From NCBI GenBank assembly GCA_963666095.2, contig OY762557.1, positions 333,567 through 397,566 of the forward strand: a stretch of DNA of 64,000 bases, in the 5' to 3' direction. How positions within the stretch are numbered: the stretch's first letter is position 1; each line of letters opens with the position of its first letter. Under the pieces are notes generated by a model. The model was not told the origin of the DNA. It saw only the letters and a list, made by a program, of their open reading frames with translations, and did not search any database. This DNA is from Longimicrobiales bacterium (lineage in GTDB: Bacteria > Gemmatimonadota > Gemmatimonadetes > Longimicrobiales > Gaopeijiaceae). This document shows, in pieces, positions 60,984 through 64,000 of this stretch. Position numbers and translations under genes: made by a program.

Positions 60984-61094
60984 GAATGGAAGCGATGGAA
61001 GGGGGATGGTATGGGATGCCATATGATGCAGCCATATGTATGGCATGGCCGATCCCCCTGCCAAGCTAGGCTAGGCTATAGGCTAGGCCAGGCC
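60984..61094. repeat. cluster of short repeats: ATGGAAG repeats, an 8-bp-arm palindrome and a TAGGC pentanucleotide tract
   Basis: aatggaagcgatggaagg lies at ~60984-61002. ATGCCATA (61016-61023) pairs with TATGGCAT (61039-61046). gctaggctaggctataggctaggccaggcc lies at ~61065-61094. Confidence 0.7.
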
Positions 61095-61121
61095 CCGGAA
61101 CAGGTGCGCGCCACTGCGGGC

Positions 61122-61174
61122 GGCGGACGGGGAGATCCGGTGGATGCTGAGGCTGCAGACGGAGCTGCACCTGG
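61122..61174 (+). repeat. 53-bp direct repeat, right copy
   Basis: ggcggacggggagatccggtggatgctgaggcTgcagacggagctgcacctgg differs from 58421-58473 at one position. Confidence 0.9.
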
Positions 61175-61342
61175 CAGCCCGTGGACAAAACCCTCCCGGC
61201 ATTCGAGCGGCGATGCATCCGTGCTGGACCGCTTCGCTCGCGTCATCACGATGTCAACTCTACTTTACATTTTGTCATGTTTACCATACTCTGAACCCGC
61301 TCGCGGCTCCGCTCTGCGTTGCTCCTTGGACGAATAGCCCTG

Positions 61343-62281
61343 CTATTCGCCCGTCGTCGCGCCTTGCCAGCCCGGCGCCTCGCCGCTCTCGGTGCTCGGG
61401 CGGCTGTATCCACGGACTGCTGGTGAGGTAGCGGAGGCGGGAAAGGGGCTTGCCTCCCCACGCCGCAGGACAACACCATCGAAATCCTGAACCGGTGCAC
61501 CGGGCGGTCCCGGGAAAGGCCTGCGCTTCGGGTAGGGCTGCTGCTCCCCTGACAAAAGGTCTCGGGCATCCTCCTGGATCCTTTGGATGAATCCAGAGCC
61601 CGGACCCAGGAGGTCGACCACTGCGGCACGGTCGTTCACAAGCATCGCCACCATGTCCAGAAGCGCCGGGTCGGCCAGCCCCACCGAGAGGTGCATCGCG
61701 CCCAATACCACACGCCAATGCTGCCGCCCGGTCAGGCACCGGCGCGCGACCTCGACAACCTCGGGCATGTCCTCCTCCGAGACCGTTCCGTCCTCGACCA
61801 TGAACCGCAACGCCAGCAGACTCATGCGGACGTCGCGGTAGTCCTCGGTATTCGCGGCCTCCAGGACTGCGGGAAACGCTGCGGCGCCCAGATCGGCGAG
61901 CGCGTTCGCGGCCGCGGCGCCGTGCCTCATGACGGTTATCAGGAATGGGATGGCCGCGGGATCCCTGAGCCCGGCCACCGCATGGAAATAGTCGAACAGG
62001 TACTCGTCGTGCTCGGCGCCGCCTGGAAGCGGGCGATTCGTCTCTCCGCGCAGCTCCGCCCAGGCCACCCGGATAACAGCGGCCCGCAGCTCCGGCCCCG
62101 CACGCCAGCCCAGCTTCATGGCCAGGTTCACGGTGCGGTCACGCACCACCGGGTCGTCGGACCCGAGCGCCGTCACCATCTCGGCCTCGGTCATGGTAGG
62201 CGGCACCTGTCCCTTGACTCCGTAGGGAAACGCGAGCGCGAGAAACCACACGGTCAGCGCGACATGTTTCGTCTTTCTCAC
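61343..62281 (-). CDS. hypothetical secreted protein, possibly HEAT/armadillo-like helical repeats
   Basis: ORF 61343..62281 (GTG start) has the signal peptide HVALTVWFLALAFPYGVKGQ and helical-repeat-like segments (DPVVRDRTV, LRDPAAIPFLI). Confidence 0.6.
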   Translation of the reverse strand: MRKTKHVALTVWFLALAFPYGVKGQVPPTMTEAEMVTALGSDDPVVRDRTVNLAMKLGWRAGPELRAAVIRVAWAELRGETNRPLPGGAEHDEYLFDYFHAVAGLRDPAAIPFLITVMRHGAAAANALADLGAAAFPAVLEAANTEDYRDVRMSLLALRFMVEDGTVSEEDMPEVVEVARRCLTGRQHWRVVLGAMHLSVGLADPALLDMVAMLVNDRAAVVDLLGPGSGFIQRIQEDARDLLSGEQQPYPKRRPFPGPPGAPVQDFDGVVLRRGEASPFPASATSPAVRGYSRPSTESGEAPGWQGATTGE

Positions 62282-62409
62282 TATCCTGACTCACCTCCAG
62301 TCAATGTGATACCAGCCGGAATACTCCTTCGACAAGCCAGGATTCGCAAATTCCGCAGCCTCCGCGAAGATGGCTCTTGCGGCCGCGATGTGGACGACGG
62401 GGTCGGAGA

Positions 62410-62680
62410 CACGATGCTCATCAGCTCCCCCGGATGGCCCTCCGCCTTGCCGCGCTTGCGGTAGAGCGCCAGGAGCTCGTCGCCGGAGACCTCGTCGGCG
62501 GGCATCGAGGTCAGCAGCCAGAAAAACGCGGGATGAGTTCGCCGGGCCACTCGACGACCACCTGCACGACCCGGCGGGGACGGGACCACGACCCGGCCCG
62601 GTAGGTCTCCTCGCGGAACCAAGCGCGGGCCAGTCCATCGCCTCGTAGAACTCCTCTGCCGTCGCGTCCGCCACGCCCAG
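62410..62680 (-). mobile_element. frameshifted remnant of a DDE transposase (IS1380/IS4-like C-terminal region)
   Basis: Two adjacent minus-strand frames carry the fragments. One reads ...YRAGSWSRPRRVVQVVVEWPGELIPRF (62514-62618). The other reads FFWLLTSMPADEVSGDELLALYRKRGKAEGHPGELMS (62416-62532). No intact ORF or terminal repeats were found. Confidence 0.45.
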
Positions 62681-62787
62681 CGTGTCGGAGTTCAGGCCGC
62701 GGGCCGCGGCGAGCTTCGAGCGGGGGTCCTTTGCGCCGGAACCCTGGCAACCTTACTGTCAATTGTCCTACCACCTCCCCGCGCGCC

Positions 62788-63624
62788 ATGTCAAGACTCC
62801 ATCTCGCCCTCGCGGCGACCGTCGCCGTCGCCCCAGGTCTGGCGGCCCCCGACCCCGCCGCCTCCCAGGTCCCCCTCGGCCTCCGCACCGCAAGCGGCCT
62901 GACCGTCACCCCGGTCTACGAAGGCTGGTACGAGAACCCCGACGGCACCTTCAGCCTCTCCTTCGGCTACTACAACCGGAACTTCGAGGAGATCGTCGAA
63001 CTGCCGCACGGCGCCGCCAACCACCTGGAGCCCGCGGACTACGACGGCGCCCAGCCCACGCGCTTCCACCCGAGGCGGCACTGGGGCGTCTTCGCGGTCA
63101 AGGTCCCCGCCGACTTCGGCGACCGGGCCGTCGTGTGGACCATCGACTTCCGCGGCGAGCGCTACGCGATCCCGGGAACCCTCCACGTGGACTGGCAGAT
63201 CGACGCGCTGGAGGGCGAGGCGGGGTCGGGCAACACGCCGCCGGTCCTGTCCTTCGACGAGGGCGCGACGGAGGGGGCCGGTCCGGCCGGTACCTGGGGC
63301 GGACCGATGGAAGCCAGGGCGGGGATGCCCGTGGAGCTGACCGTTTGGGGAAGCGACGACGGGCGGGTGCGCGTCGGGAGGCGCCCGCAGTCGGCGGTGG
63401 CCCTGCGGTGGTTCAAGCACCTGGGGCCCGGCGACGTCGTCTTCAGCGAGGAAAGCGGCGAGGTGCCGGTCGACGGCGGGGCCATGACGGCCATGGCCAC
63501 CTTCGAGGTGCCCGGCGAGTACGTGGTTCGCGTTCGCGCGAACGACTCGTCCGGCGTCTCGAGCGGGGGACACGCCCAGTGCTGCTGGACCAACGGATTC
63601 TTGAGAGTCAACGTCGTTCACTGA
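62788..63624 (+). CDS. hypothetical secreted protein
   Basis: ORF 62731..63624, trimmed to ATG 62788 (MSRLHLALAATVAVAPGLAAP). Composition is balanced and I recognise no family. Confidence 0.65.
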   Translation: MSRLHLALAATVAVAPGLAAPDPAASQVPLGLRTASGLTVTPVYEGWYENPDGTFSLSFGYYNRNFEEIVELPHGAANHLEPADYDGAQPTRFHPRRHWGVFAVKVPADFGDRAVVWTIDFRGERYAIPGTLHVDWQIDALEGEAGSGNTPPVLSFDEGATEGAGPAGTWGGPMEARAGMPVELTVWGSDDGRVRVGRRPQSAVALRWFKHLGPGDVVFSEESGEVPVDGGAMTAMATFEVPGEYVVRVRANDSSGVSSGGHAQCCWTNGFLRVNVVH

Positions 63625-63658
63625 CGCGGGGAAGCCCGTGGAAGAATGGAGGAATCGC

Positions 63659-64000
63659 ATGCGCGGCAACCGTTTCATTCGCGGACCGGCAGCCATGTCC
63701 CTCGCGCTCGCGAGCGCGGCCGTGGCCAGCCCGGCGCAGGCCGGAGCCCAGGAGGAGCCGACCTACGCCAGGGACGTCGCGCCCATCGTCCAGAAGAAGT
63801 GCCAGGAATGCCACCAGCCGGGTTCCATCGCGCCCATGTCGCTCATGACCTACGAGGCCGTCAAGCGCTACGCGCCCAGGATTCGCGAGAAGGTGGCCGA
63901 CCGGGTCATGCCGCCCTGGCACATCGACCGCTCGGTGGGGATCCAGGAGTTCAAGAACGACCGCGGCCTGACGGACGAGGAGCTGGAGATCTTCCTCGCG
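63659..64000 (+). CDS. c-type cytochrome domain protein (PSCyt1-like), 5' part only
   Basis: Own translation from ATG 63659, which follows GGAGG: MRGNRFIRGPAAMSLALASAAVASPAQA...DVAPIVQKKCQECHQPGSIAPMSLMTYEAVKRYAPRIREKVADRVMPPWHIDR... The frame is open to the window end. Confidence 0.75.
   Translation, partial: MRGNRFIRGPAAMSLALASAAVASPAQAGAQEEPTYARDVAPIVQKKCQECHQPGSIAPMSLMTYEAVKRYAPRIREKVADRVMPPWHIDRSVGIQEFKNDRGLTDEELEIFLA

Noticed and set aside
58474-61121. An integron cassette/attC, or a complete integrative element with its own recombinase.
   Set aside because: I could not identify any integrase or recombinase ORF, or an attC-like R''-L''/L'-R' structure. Only the direct repeats support mobility.
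60954-61431. ORFs 60954..61337 and 61144..61431 (plus strand) and 60864..61064 (minus strand).
   Set aside because: They have no RBS and odd composition. They run across repeat debris and the right 53-bp repeat. ORF 61144 merely starts inside the duplicated M24 terminus (MLRLQTELHL...).

Overview
This is a very GC-rich bacterial chromosomal segment (roughly 70% G+C by eye, not computed). I found no rRNA, tRNA or CRISPR array. The gene content includes BNR/VPS10-type propellers, PSCyt-like cytochromes, a choice-of-anchor-B protein and many secreted peptidases. That mix resembles Gemmatimonadota- or Acidobacteriota-type genomes, but this is inference only.

I support about 55 protein-coding genes. 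Most very long ORFs in the six-frame track are R/G/P-rich shadow frames, and only their tails, or the opposite strand, are real genes. No alignments, HMM searches or folding were run. Family names come from recognised motifs, and several start codons are uncertain.

Gene content:
- Metal and redox: two Feo ferrous-iron systems, SufE, a PA0069-type radical SAM protein, an FprA-type ferredoxin reductase and c-type cytochromes.
- Transport: one SSS symporter and two APC permeases.
- Secreted hydrolases: M29-like, M24, a DUF5117-type Zn-metalloprotease and an amidase.
- Envelope proteins.

The most interesting observations:
1. An AhpD/CMD 'peroxidase-related' gene is split in the ORF track by one in-frame TGA. 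The TGA sits at the second Cys of the C-x-x-C motif and a SECIS-like hairpin starts 11 nt downstream, so this is probably a selenoprotein.
2. A 53-bp direct repeat copies the 3' end of the M24 peptidase gene. The two copies bracket a 2.65-kb lower-GC cassette (58.4-61.2 kb). The cassette has its own promoter-like element, three perfect 17-bp SD/anti-SD repeats, a Cys-rich secreted protein and a translationally coupled beta-propeller lipoprotein. A degraded transposase lies next to it.
3. Four diverged paralogues of that 6-bladed beta-propeller family are scattered across the window.
4. A membrane-anchored DtxR-FeoA-FeoA fusion precedes feoB, behind a sigma70-like promoter that overlaps a TTAGG/CCTAA palindrome.
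5. Gene 3' termini are repeatedly duplicated just downstream of their genes.
6. A membrane-anchored coiled-coil protein is built from 11- and 7-residue modules.
7. A DUF6483-like gene carries an in-frame TAG.
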